From an uncultured delta proteobacterium (GTDB lineage Bacteria > Desulfobacterota > BSN033 > UBA1163): a DNA stretch of 64,000 nucleotides. The notes below the pieces were generated by a model. The model searched no databases, was not told the origin of the DNA, and worked only from the letters and a program-made list of their open reading frames with translations. Where the stretch lies: positions 83,412 through 147,411 of the forward strand of contig CAWGWZ010000002.1 in assembly GCA_963826305.1 (NCBI GenBank), given 5' to 3'. A program made the position numbers and the translations under genes. This document shows, piece by piece, positions 18,156 through 25,910 of this stretch (position 1 is the stretch's first letter; each line of letters opens with the position of its first letter).

Positions 18156-19142
18156 ATGGCTGTAGATAATAGACAACTCGCCTATCTCAATACTGATTAT
18201 TCTGCTCAGACAGGAATAATAGTCCAAAAGTTTGTCTGTCCTATTACCCTTGATGATGACCCTAATGCCGAATTATGCGATGGACACATACTCAATCAGC
18301 GCATCAACAAAGCTTCTCGGGTAACGGTAATCCAACGAAAGGACGTTGATAATTATTTTGGCCATACCATCGAGCCAGATTTAGTCAAAATGTTAAATAT
18401 TCCTGTTTCCACAAAACAGGAATTGATTCGCAAAGCTCGTAATCTCAGAATCACTGCTCCATCTGGTGAGAAGATGGGGACCTTCTTTTCTAACACCGAA
18501 GCTGGGGGGAGATTTCAGCAGATCAATCTCTTCAACCCAGATGGGACAACTATGATTTCACCATTTCTAAGGAATGGTAGGCTTGAAAACAAGTATTACA
18601 AGGATCTGGAGGTCGAGTTTACTATTACAGTAACCAACTCCGCCATTATAGGCTCTCTCCTCAAAAGTGGTTATCTTGCGCTCTTTCGAATGCTTGGTTA
18701 CAGATGGGTTCTCGATGCTTCTGGTGATAAGGTACGCCGCGCCTTGGCTGCGTTCTACCAAGACAAAGCAGATAGGGAACAGTCAATCAACTACTTTGCT
18801 GAATTCAACGGATCGATTTCCGTTTTGTCCAATGATACCATGAACGATATGGGTGATACACTGGAAGACGGTTTGCTCTTGTTCCACTATGTAGATGGTG
18901 ACCAAGAAACCGGCCTTCTCTTTGCTGTGACATGCCTCTTCCGCGTCAACGACCGCACTTTATCTGTTACGTTACCATGTTATCAGAAGAAGGGTTACTA
19001 TTTGGTCGCATATCAGTACTATCAGGCTTTACTAAAGGATCGTTCGGTATGCCAAAATGTCTATTCTGTCCGATTTGATAAGGAGCAGTTTAATATATCG
19101 ACTACACCACTGCGATTACACTACAAAGAAAAGCAGGAATAA
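18156..19142 (+). CDS. Hypothetical 328-aa protein, possible degenerate HNH (HNH_5-like) N-terminus
   Basis: FVCPITLDDDPNAELCDGHILNQ...VIQRKDVDNYFGHTIE resembles the C..C...EHIIP...CN.FG..iE layout, but the cysteine ligands are lost. The call is weak. Confidence 0.45.
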   Translation: MAVDNRQLAYLNTDYSAQTGIIVQKFVCPITLDDDPNAELCDGHILNQRINKASRVTVIQRKDVDNYFGHTIEPDLVKMLNIPVSTKQELIRKARNLRITAPSGEKMGTFFSNTEAGGRFQQINLFNPDGTTMISPFLRNGRLENKYYKDLEVEFTITVTNSAIIGSLLKSGYLALFRMLGYRWVLDASGDKVRRALAAFYQDKADREQSINYFAEFNGSISVLSNDTMNDMGDTLEDGLLLFHYVDGDQETGLLFAVTCLFRVNDRTLSVTLPCYQKKGYYLVAYQYYQALLKDRSVCQNVYSVRFDKEQFNISTTPLRLHYKEKQE

Positions 19143-19161
19143 GAGGGACAATATATAAAGT

Positions 19162-19184
19162 AAAAGGGGACGGTTCTATTTCTC
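19162..19184 (+). repeat. Island junction motif, copy 2 (aaaaggggacggttctatttctc)
   Basis: Lies 20 nt after the stop of 18156-19142. Confidence 0.8.
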
Positions 19185-19480
19185 AAAAGGAAATCCAAAG
19201 AGACGTCTGGTTTCAATTAATCAAAAGATAGTCAAATGAGCGGCAAGAGACTCTCAACCGGTCAGGCTTCGTAGCTGGACAAAAACTCAGGAGTCGGGAT
19301 ACCTTGGTGAACCAATAAAATGAGATTGGTTCCCTGCCTTTCGGCAGGCTTAGTTTCACTCGCAGCAAGATCTATTTCTCAGAGCGGTCTTCCTGTAAGG
19401 AATTGGTTCAAAAGCAAGAAATTTACTTAATAGTTTCCGAATTTGGTGTAGAATTAGATTGAGAATACAGGAGGTTCGAA

Positions 19481-19657
19481 ATGACCAAAAAAGAACTCCT
19501 TTCAAGAATTTCTATTGATCCCAACATTTGTTTTGGAAAGCCGTGTATTCGAGGGCACCGTATTTGGAAAGGGCAATTGGGGTCTGACTTGCGTATTGGC
19601 TTTGGGACCCCGGCAAAGGGTTCTATTTTGCAGCCGATTGTCAATAATCGTGTCTGA
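19481..19657 (+). pseudogene. DUF433-family (antitoxin-like) N-terminal fragment
   Basis: MTKKELLSRISIDPNICFGKPCIRGHRIW matches the DUF433 core I.IDP..C.GKPCIRGTRI for about 29 aa with a good RBS. The sequence then diverges and stops at 58 aa (the family is usually about 75 aa). Confidence 0.5.
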
Positions 19658-19845
19658 ACCCGTTGGATTCGCCCAGGGATTGAAGAAGCATTTCAGACAA
19701 GGGAACTACGGAGAAGCACAGCTTAATGGGGAAAGTTGTTGGGGCCGGGTCTATTTTATCGACATTCGGTTAGAAGGGTAAAAGAGTGCGGTCTTTAGGA
19801 GAAATATAAATTCAATACAATAAGTGTTTGGAAAGGAGGCGCAAT

Positions 19846-20109
19846 ATGACTCTGGAGACCTTTCAGGCCCACGGAAGGCAGTATGAGATCGACATGGAAT
19901 ACAACGGTAGAGAAATCGAAATCAGAGCATTTTACAATGAAAACCCGGCCAATGGATTTTCCTATCATGTCACTTTGGAGGTTGCGCACGACTTTTCGGT
20001 ACTGGTGGGGCAAAATGCCGTCAAAGTACTCGCAGAGTATGCGAAGGCGGACGTTATTGAACAGCGGTATGAGAATCTCGTCAAAGTCCTGAAGGAAATG
20101 AAGCAATAG
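19846..20109 (+). CDS. Hypothetical protein (87 aa)
   Basis: RBS GGAAAGGAGG lies 5-6 nt before the ATG at 19846. The antisense 122-aa ORF is judged a shadow ORF. Confidence 0.5.
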   Translation: MTLETFQAHGRQYEIDMEYNGREIEIRAFYNENPANGFSYHVTLEVAHDFSVLVGQNAVKVLAEYAKADVIEQRYENLVKVLKEMKQ

Positions 20110-20169
20110 AGGTTTCTGAACATTAACGGGGTACAATGCTACAACTTGCCACAGGGACAGCAATATTTA

Positions 20170-20703
20170 ATGAAAGATATGGCAGATAATTTGACAATTA
20201 AGGAAATAACCCAAGAAGCTGACACATGGCTCAAACAGATGTATTATTCTGGCGGGGAGCTACTTGAAAATCTCAGAAAGGCTTTTCATGCAGAGAAAGC
20301 CAGCGATCCACCAAGAGCCTTATCACAAGAGAAGCGAGAATACTACATGGTTTATGCAGACCAAGACGCTGAACTATTGGCAGGAATTAACTCACAGAGC
20401 TGCGATATTTCTTCTGTTGCAAAGGTAGTTCCAAAAGACAAATCAAAAGCCAGAGGCCGAGACTGTGTAAGAAAACTGATTGAAGAAATCTTAGTCAACA
20501 AGTGTAAGATAAAAGGAAGAGATTCTTTTTCTGTTGTCACGAATGGAGACGGAAAGCGTGTCTTTGAATATCTCAAGAAAAATCTGCCAAAAGGTATTAA
20601 AGAGATAAAGTCTCAACAGACTATCCCTTGTCTTATCCCTGGACAGGATGAATATTATCGTTTCACTTTATTCATAGCTGATCAATCATGGGTAAAGTAT
20701 TAG
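20170..20703 (+). CDS. Hypothetical protein (about 177 aa)
   Basis: ORF follows 19846-20109 on the same strand; start uncertain (20146, 20170 or 20179); no motif recognised. Confidence 0.45.
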   Translation: MKDMADNLTIKEITQEADTWLKQMYYSGGELLENLRKAFHAEKASDPPRALSQEKREYYMVYADQDAELLAGINSQSCDISSVAKVVPKDKSKARGRDCVRKLIEEILVNKCKIKGRDSFSVVTNGDGKRVFEYLKKNLPKGIKEIKSQQTIPCLIPGQDEYYRFTLFIADQSWVKY

Positions 20704-20782
20704 AATACTAGGGACATCTCCCTCATTTTACAAGAAGAGGGCATGGAGGCATTGAAAAGAATAGTGGATATTCTTGAAATTG

Positions 20783-20805
20783 AAAAGGGGACGGTTCTAT
20801 TTTTA
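20783..20805 (+). repeat. Island junction motif, copy 3 (aaaaggggacggttctattttta)
   Basis: Starts a roughly 105-bp block homologous to 25283-25397. Confidence 0.85.
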
Positions 20806-20822
20806 CGAGGGTAACCCCCGTT

Positions 20823-20893
20823 TCAATGTATCGCTCGACGATAGATGCTCTCCATTTCTTTGTGAGTACATTCTTCGCACCAATATTGTGATA
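20823..20893 (-). pseudogene. 3'-terminal remnant of a paralogue of the Zn-ribbon gene 25333-25809
   Basis: Encodes ..QYWCEECTHKEMESIYRRAIH*, compared with ..EYWCEECTRKEMEGAFPRLKH* in the intact gene. An identical 22-nt run is shared (20866-20887 = 25376-25397). The frame is closed upstream by TAG. Confidence 0.75.
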
Positions 20894-20925
20894 GTATAAG
20901 GGGACACCCATGAGACTATAGGAAG

Positions 20926-20948
20926 ATAAAGGGACGGTTCTATTAATA
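20926..20948 (+). repeat. Island junction motif, copy 4 (ataaagggacggttctattaata)
   Basis: Immediately flanks the Zn-ribbon remnant. Confidence 0.75.
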
Positions 20949-21069
20949 CCATCAAGCCAGATATTATTTTAAAACGAGAGAACAAGATGATAAGCCTCCA
21001 TCTTTTTTACGAGACATGTTAGATATTTTCGGACGTAGATGAAATCGGTATGGTTGAAGGAGATTTTGG

Positions 21070-21345
21070 TTGAGCAAGATTAGACGAATTAAAGAACTTG
21101 TTCGCAATGGTCTATATTATCTCACAGAACATGCCGATGACGAAGCCATGGCAGAAGGCTTTGACATTTACGATATAGAATATGGCATATTAACGGGAAG
21201 GATTCGCCGAACTTGGCCGCGAGAAGGCAAATATGAGGTTGTCGGCTCGGCACTGGATCAACGTCCCATCGGGATTGTATGCCGCATTACTCAAACAGGT
21301 AAAGTCCGTGTTATAACCGTTTACGAAGATCAACCTAAGAAATGA
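21070..21345 (+). CDS. DUF4258-family toxin-like protein
   Basis: YYLTEHADDEAMAEGFDIYDIEYGILTG...VGSALDQRPIGIVCRI...VRVITVY fits the DUF4258 pattern. TTG start with RBS AAGGAG. Confidence 0.7.
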   Translation: MSKIRRIKELVRNGLYYLTEHADDEAMAEGFDIYDIEYGILTGRIRRTWPREGKYEVVGSALDQRPIGIVCRITQTGKVRVITVYEDQPKK

Positions 21346-21355
21346 AAAGGAGGAA

Positions 21356-21598
21356 ATGATGGAATTTTGGAAGGGCGAACGCTGTGAATATTGTAATGGA
21401 GTAATCGTCGAGAAGAAAGTAAACTTGTCTCGGAAGGTTAGGGGCACATATGTGGTTATTGAAAACGTGCCTGCCGGTGTGTGCAAAGAATGCGGTACAC
21501 GTTACTATGCAGCGAATGTCCTCAAGACCGTTGAAGAGACTATCCGTGGGCGCCGTAAGGCAGAACGCCAGATTCTTGTACCTATTTACTCACTATGA
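21356..21598 (+). CDS. YgiT-type zinc-finger protein (MqsA-N-terminal-like antitoxin partner)
   Basis: The pattern CEYCNG....VPAGVCKECGTRY and adjacency to the DUF4258 gene. Confidence 0.8.
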   Translation: MMEFWKGERCEYCNGVIVEKKVNLSRKVRGTYVVIENVPAGVCKECGTRYYAANVLKTVEETIRGRRKAERQILVPIYSL

Positions 21599-21663
21599 CT
21601 TCCTATTAAAAAGAGGATGCCCTAAAGGCAAGAGGGACGTCCATAAAATTATGAGATCCTAAG

Positions 21664-22353
21664 ATGCTCAAACCCATTAAATATTCAACCGAGGGTTTAA
21701 TTGAAAACCAGTACGAACATGGAGCCAAAGTTTTAAAAAATAAGCTTGGAATCCGAAAGCGGAGCGAAATGGACCAGCTGGAAGCTACGGCTTTCCAAAA
21801 GACGCAAATTCATTTTTACAAACTTTTTTCAGAAGATCCCCCCCCTGCCATTACAGAAAACCTGATAAAGGAGATGCATCATCATTGGTTGAAGGGGATT
21901 TATCAATGGGCGGGGAATTATAGACGGGTTAATTTAAGCAAAGAGGGGATTACATTTCCTCCGGAATCATTGCAGGACGGAAGCCCAAACATTCCAAGAC
22001 TGATGGAAGAATTCGAAAGGGAAATTCTGGGAAACTGCACCTCCTTGGAAAAAGGTGAAGATCTTTCAAAGGTCGCCCGGGCTATAGCTATTATCCATGG
22101 GGAATTCGAAATGATTCACCCTTTCAGAGAAGGAAACGGAAGGATCGGCCGTTTAATAGCCGACCTCATGGCGCTTCAAGCAGGATATCCCCCCTTATTA
22201 TTTGATATAGAAGGAAAACCTCAAAAAAAAGACCTCTACTTCAAGGCTATGAAAGAGGTTTTTATCAATAAGAATTATGATCCATTAACAGACGTACTTG
22301 AGAAAGCCATGAAAATTGGAATTGAAAAAGCAAGAGAGAGTAGTGTTTCCTAA
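21664..22353 (+). CDS. fic: Fic family protein (AMPylase-type Fido domain)
   Basis: Canonical HPFREGNGRIGR motif. Confidence 0.9.
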   Translation: MLKPIKYSTEGLIENQYEHGAKVLKNKLGIRKRSEMDQLEATAFQKTQIHFYKLFSEDPPPAITENLIKEMHHHWLKGIYQWAGNYRRVNLSKEGITFPPESLQDGSPNIPRLMEEFEREILGNCTSLEKGEDLSKVARAIAIIHGEFEMIHPFREGNGRIGRLIADLMALQAGYPPLLFDIEGKPQKKDLYFKAMKEVFINKNYDPLTDVLEKAMKIGIEKARESSVS

Positions 22354-23057
22354 GTTACAATCCCCTCGATGAGGAAGCTATTCCGAGCATTGAGAGGAGC
22401 GATCGCCTCCAACACTTTAATTGGCTTCAATAGATACCCAGCAAAATAAATTTCATTGGGTTGGATTTCTAATTTAGAAGTTCCCTCATTTTTAAGACAA
22501 ATTATTGCCGAATCTGGCCATCTGAATACCCAGGGTCTCTTAAATCGGTAAGTATTTTCTAAATCAAAATCCTCGATGGTTTGATTGTGGTATTTTATCT
22601 TGCAGGAAAGTCCTTTATGTTGAGGGGAGTATATTTGATGGACGTCATAATGCCCACCCCGAAAATTTGTCAAAGAAATTTCGGCCTCCCTGCCGGCCTC
22701 TATTTCAATTGGTGCCCTCCAATATAGACCATCAAGGGTATATTCCCGGAAGTTAGAATCTTTCATGGAGAAGGTTCGAGGTTCGAATCTAACATCAAGA
22801 CGGATTTCCACTTTAGATCTAAAATCGAAACTAAAAGTTCTGCCTTTATAACTACCAAAAGGCAGAAGTTCTTTTCTGCCTCCACAAAGAATGGGTTTGT
22901 CTGAATAGTTCGTATCGGTATCATTACAACGCATCTCATAAAAAAATGGAGCAGGGCTCTTTAAAGAGATAAAACAAAGGCCGTCATAGGGGAAAGGTGG
23001 GATTTGATAATTTTCTATCTGTCCCTTAGGAGGTAGCAAGAAACGATGAAAATCCAT
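22350..23057 (-). CDS. Hypothetical protein (235 aa), AT-rich
   Basis: Long ORF convergent with fic, with a 4-nt overlap at the ends; no motif recognised. Confidence 0.5.
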   Translation of the reverse strand: MDFHRFLLPPKGQIENYQIPPFPYDGLCFISLKSPAPFFYEMRCNDTDTNYSDKPILCGGRKELLPFGSYKGRTFSFDFRSKVEIRLDVRFEPRTFSMKDSNFREYTLDGLYWRAPIEIEAGREAEISLTNFRGGHYDVHQIYSPQHKGLSCKIKYHNQTIEDFDLENTYRFKRPWVFRWPDSAIICLKNEGTSKLEIQPNEIYFAGYLLKPIKVLEAIAPLNARNSFLIEGIVT

Positions 23058-23193
23058 ATTTTTTTATAACTTATCCTATGCAATAACTCAAGGAGTCCAT
23101 CTTGTCTTCATTCTGCATTCAAAAAACGAGTGAAGTCCTTAAAATTATGAAAAATCCTTATCCCCTGAGACCTGAAGAGATTCTTTCCATATT

Positions 23194-23631
23194 TCACAAA
23201 TTCTGTAAGAACAAAAGTTTTAGAAACTCAGCAGGAGATAATATCTTTGTCCTTTGATATTCTTTCAAAGGTAGGAGATGCTTTCTGTCACCAGAAATGA
23301 GGTATTGAACCCTTCCTTCAATGGCACATTCTAAAATGCGGTTATCATCCTCCTTTTCTTTAATAACAGAGACCTTGTTCTTCGGGTGGATTAGGATTGT
23401 CTTAGCTTTGATTTTTTCTATTGTGTGCTTAATTTGATCTTTGTCCCAACCGAAATCCTTTTTAAGAGTTTCTTCTAACTCTTTTAAAATAAAAGGAGAG
23501 ATACAGGCTTCTATATACCCTCTCCAGACCAAATCTAAAACCTCTCTGGGTTTACCTTTGAAAGTTAACCCAGAGACAAAGACATTGGTGTCGATTACCA
23601 CCTTTGGTTTTAATTTACTTTCGGCGGGCAT
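23194..23631 (-). CDS. PIN-domain toxin (TIGR00305-like PIN family)
   Basis: VVIDTNVFVSGL N-terminal acidic motif, D near ISGDRKHL, and a 17-nt overlap with the upstream RHH gene. Confidence 0.85.
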   Translation of the reverse strand: MPAESKLKPKVVIDTNVFVSGLTFKGKPREVLDLVWRGYIEACISPFILKELEETLKKDFGWDKDQIKHTIEKIKAKTILIHPKNKVSVIKEKEDDNRILECAIEGRVQYLISGDRKHLLPLKEYQRTKILSPAEFLKLLFLQNL

Positions 23632-23851
23632 CGATAATATCTTCTATTTGGTCTTCGGTGATTCCTTTTTCCCTTGCCTTTATTTCCCCGTAACGGTAGA
23701 TTTTTCTCATTTCCTGTTCCTCAGCATATCTTCGGAGGGCTTCTCTCAAGAGCTCGCTCCTTGTTCTGCCCTCTTCTTTCATTAGCTCCTCAATTTTATC
23801 CACCATCTCGGGAGGCAAAGATAAGGTTATAGTCTTACTTATTCTGGCCAT
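23615..23851 (-). CDS. Ribbon-helix-helix (CopG family) antitoxin
   Basis: ITLSLPPEMVDKIEELMKEEGRTRSELLREALRRY is a typical RHH sequence. Confidence 0.85.
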   Translation of the reverse strand: MARISKTITLSLPPEMVDKIEELMKEEGRTRSELLREALRRYAEEQEMRKIYRYGEIKAREKGITEDQIEDIIDARRK

Positions 23852-23875
23852 ACTGCTCCTTTGTTGTTACTTAGT

Positions 23876-25230
23876 GTTACTAACTGAAGTTTTGCACTTT
23901 TTATTGAGTGCATAAGAAAGGCTGTTATCCTAAAATAGGCTAAAAAAAGCGCCAACTTAGTTTAGCCCGAAAAGGAGAACAGCCTATGATGAACATTCGA
24001 AATGCAAAACAAGATATCCAAGGACTATTATCCTGTTTCTCTGAAGTTTTTTCAAGACCTTCCTTCAAACTATTCTCCTCTTTTGTCATCGGGTTTATCC
24101 AGTTGGGTAAGGAAACTCATACCTCCTCGATGGTCCAATCTCTCAGCTTTTCATTCCTTCATCGATCTCTCTCCAGTTTCACCCGATTCCTTGGGCAAAA
24201 CGTCTGGGCCATGGAGGAGGTGGCCGAAACCGCCTTGGAGCAATTCTTTCATACCCTGCACATTAAAGCCCATTCCGTACTCTTTCTTATCGTGGATGAC
24301 ACGATCACCCACAAGAGTGGCAAAAAGATTCCAGGATGCGCTTGGCATCGCGATCATGCTCAGAAGGCTTATGTCTTTGGCCACCAATGGGTCCTCTCGG
24401 CCTTGCTCTATAAGGACTTTCTTCTGCCCCTCTGGGCCAAACTCTATCATCCGAAAGGGACCAAGGGATGCGGTTCGTTCCGGACCAAGATTACCATGGC
24501 CCAAAAGATGCTCCAAGCCCTTCGGCTCCCGATCTCTTGTAAAGTCTACCTTCTGGCGGATAGCTGGTATTGGGCGAAACAATTGGCTCAGCTTTGTCGA
24601 AAGTATGGTTACCATATGATCTCTCAACTCAGAACCACTTCTGTTCTCTTCATGAATGGAGAAAAAACCAAAGTCACCACTCTTTCTACTCTCCATTCAG
24701 CCTATCGAGAAGTCTCTCTGTTCGTCTATGGGAAAAACAAGACCCTCAAGATCGCCCGATTCGTTGGCATCATCCAGGGTCTGGGCAAAGTAGCGGTCGT
24801 GGTCGTGAAAGAGAAACGAAAGAAGACCTCCTATCTTGTTTCTACGAATCTCCATCTCTCTGCCTTGGATATCGTTAAATATTACGCCAAACGCTGGAAG
24901 ATTGAACAGATGATCAAAGACCTGAAACAAAGATTAGGTCTTGGGCATTATCAAGTTCGAAATCCTCAAGCCATCCAGCGTCATGTGGCCTTAGTCCTTC
25001 TGAGTTATTGCATCTTAATCCTTTTGAAAATCCTTCAGCGATTAAGGGATCCACGTGCCTCCGGGGACCTGTCGATTCGCTCTTTAGCCTTCCATGTAAG
25101 AAAACATATCTTGTTGGAAAACATCACCATAACTTTTAAAGCCATGAGAATTCGATTTCAACAAAATATTCTCGATAGTTATCTTGAAAAATTATGGGTC
25201 TAAAAAAGTGCAAAACTTTAGTTACTAAGT
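23876..25230 (+). mobile_element. Insertion sequence (IS4/IS701-superfamily DDE transposase) with about 22-27-bp terminal inverted repeats and a probable 5-bp TSD (TTAGT)
   Basis: IRL is GTTACTAACTGAAGTTTTGCACTTTTT (23876-23902). IRR is AAAAAGTGCAAAACTTTAGTTACTAAG (25203-25229). TTAGT occurs at 23871-23875 and 25231-25235. Confidence 0.8.
23986..25203 (+). CDS. DDE transposase (IS4/IS701-like)
   Basis: Candidate catalytic residues LIVDDT (D), LLADSWY (D) and YAKRWKIEQMIKDLK (E..K); 405 aa. Confidence 0.85.
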   Translation: MMNIRNAKQDIQGLLSCFSEVFSRPSFKLFSSFVIGFIQLGKETHTSSMVQSLSFSFLHRSLSSFTRFLGQNVWAMEEVAETALEQFFHTLHIKAHSVLFLIVDDTITHKSGKKIPGCAWHRDHAQKAYVFGHQWVLSALLYKDFLLPLWAKLYHPKGTKGCGSFRTKITMAQKMLQALRLPISCKVYLLADSWYWAKQLAQLCRKYGYHMISQLRTTSVLFMNGEKTKVTTLSTLHSAYREVSLFVYGKNKTLKIARFVGIIQGLGKVAVVVVKEKRKKTSYLVSTNLHLSALDIVKYYAKRWKIEQMIKDLKQRLGLGHYQVRNPQAIQRHVALVLLSYCILILLKILQRLRDPRASGDLSIRSLAFHVRKHILLENITITFKAMRIRFQQNILDSYLEKLWV

Positions 25231-25232
25231 TT

Positions 25233-25260
25233 AGTATAGCAAATATCAATTTCCTGTCAA
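25233..25260 (-). promoter_or_regulatory. Strong sigma70-like promoter TTGACA-N16-TATACT, now separated from the RHH-PIN operon by the IS
   Basis: On the minus strand: TTGACA (25255-25260) and TATACT (25233-25238). The IS end lies directly downstream. Confidence 0.6.
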
Positions 25261-25282
25261 GGGATTATGAGTTCTGAAGGGG

Positions 25283-25305
25283 TAAAGGGGACGGCTCTAT
25301 TTTTA
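25283..25305 (+). repeat. Island junction motif, copy 5 (taaaggggacggctctattttta)
   Basis: Lies 28 nt beyond the stop of the Zn-ribbon gene. Confidence 0.85.
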
Positions 25306-25332
25306 AGGGAATTACGAATTTACCACCGGGGT

Positions 25333-25809
25333 TCAATGTTTTAATCGAGGGAAGGCGCCCTCCATTTCCTTCCGTGTACATTCTTCGCACCAATATTCGC
25401 TTCCTTTTGTTGAATAGCTATCATATCCCAGAGAGATAACTGCTCCGCAATTTGCACATTTGGTAGGCAAGTACGCGGGAGGATTTTCCAGTTTTTGGAA
25501 ATTGAACTCATTCGTTCCATAAAAGACGTACATCTCAGTTTCAAAGAAGTTCCTGCACTTCGGACAGTCCTTCCAGCCGCCTGGATGTTCTTCAGTATGA
25601 TGGTATCCACAGAGAGTGTAACGTCTGTGATTCCTGTAGCAGCTATTTCTTGCATAGGAAAACAGAACATATTTGTCTTCATCATCACAAATCCACTGAC
25701 CGCAACATTCTGTTTTCGTCAATTTTTTTGTTTTCCCGCATAGGCCACACCTTGGCTTACCATCAGCCTTGTTCTCTTTTCGTGCCCTGGATTTTGCTTT
25801 AGTAGGCAT
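25333..25809 (-). CDS. Cys/His-rich zinc-ribbon protein (158 aa), function unknown
   Basis: Motifs CGLCGKTKKLTKTECCGQWIC, CGYHH, CPKC, CANCG and CEEC, with a basic N-terminus. Confidence 0.65.
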   Translation of the reverse strand: MPTKAKSRARKENKADGKPRCGLCGKTKKLTKTECCGQWICDDEDKYVLFSYARNSCYRNHRRYTLCGYHHTEEHPGGWKDCPKCRNFFETEMYVFYGTNEFNFQKLENPPAYLPTKCANCGAVISLGYDSYSTKGSEYWCEECTRKEMEGAFPRLKH

Positions 25810-25863
25810 ATTCTTCCTCTCTCGGTGATATAATTTTTTCTTACATGATTAAGAGGTAAAAGA

Positions 25864-25892
25864 AATATATCCTGTAGTCCCGAGGTTGTCAA
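25864..25892 (-). promoter_or_regulatory. Sigma70-like promoter TTGACA-N17-TATATT for the Zn-ribbon gene
   Basis: On the minus strand: TTGACA (25887-25892) and TATATT (25864-25869), about 55 nt upstream of the ATG at 25809. Confidence 0.55.
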
Positions 25893-25910
25893 TCTGAAGG
25901 ATAAGAGAGA

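Noticed and set aside
19468-19480. GGTTCGAA string as a possible tRNA T-arm or att site
   Set aside because: No cloverleaf can be built around it. It is the RBS and spacer of the DUF433 fragment. No tRNA gene was recognised anywhere in the window.
19795-20163. 122-aa minus-strand ORF
   Set aside because: It overlaps the plus-strand ORF 19846-20109, which has a strong RBS. The minus-strand ORF has no RBS or motif and would run against the local gene direction.
20723-20985. 62-aa and 60-aa minus-strand ORFs
   Set aside because: They read through the Zn-ribbon fossil and two junction-motif copies in the wrong frame. The only meaningful frame is the ~20-codon remnant reported as a pseudogene.
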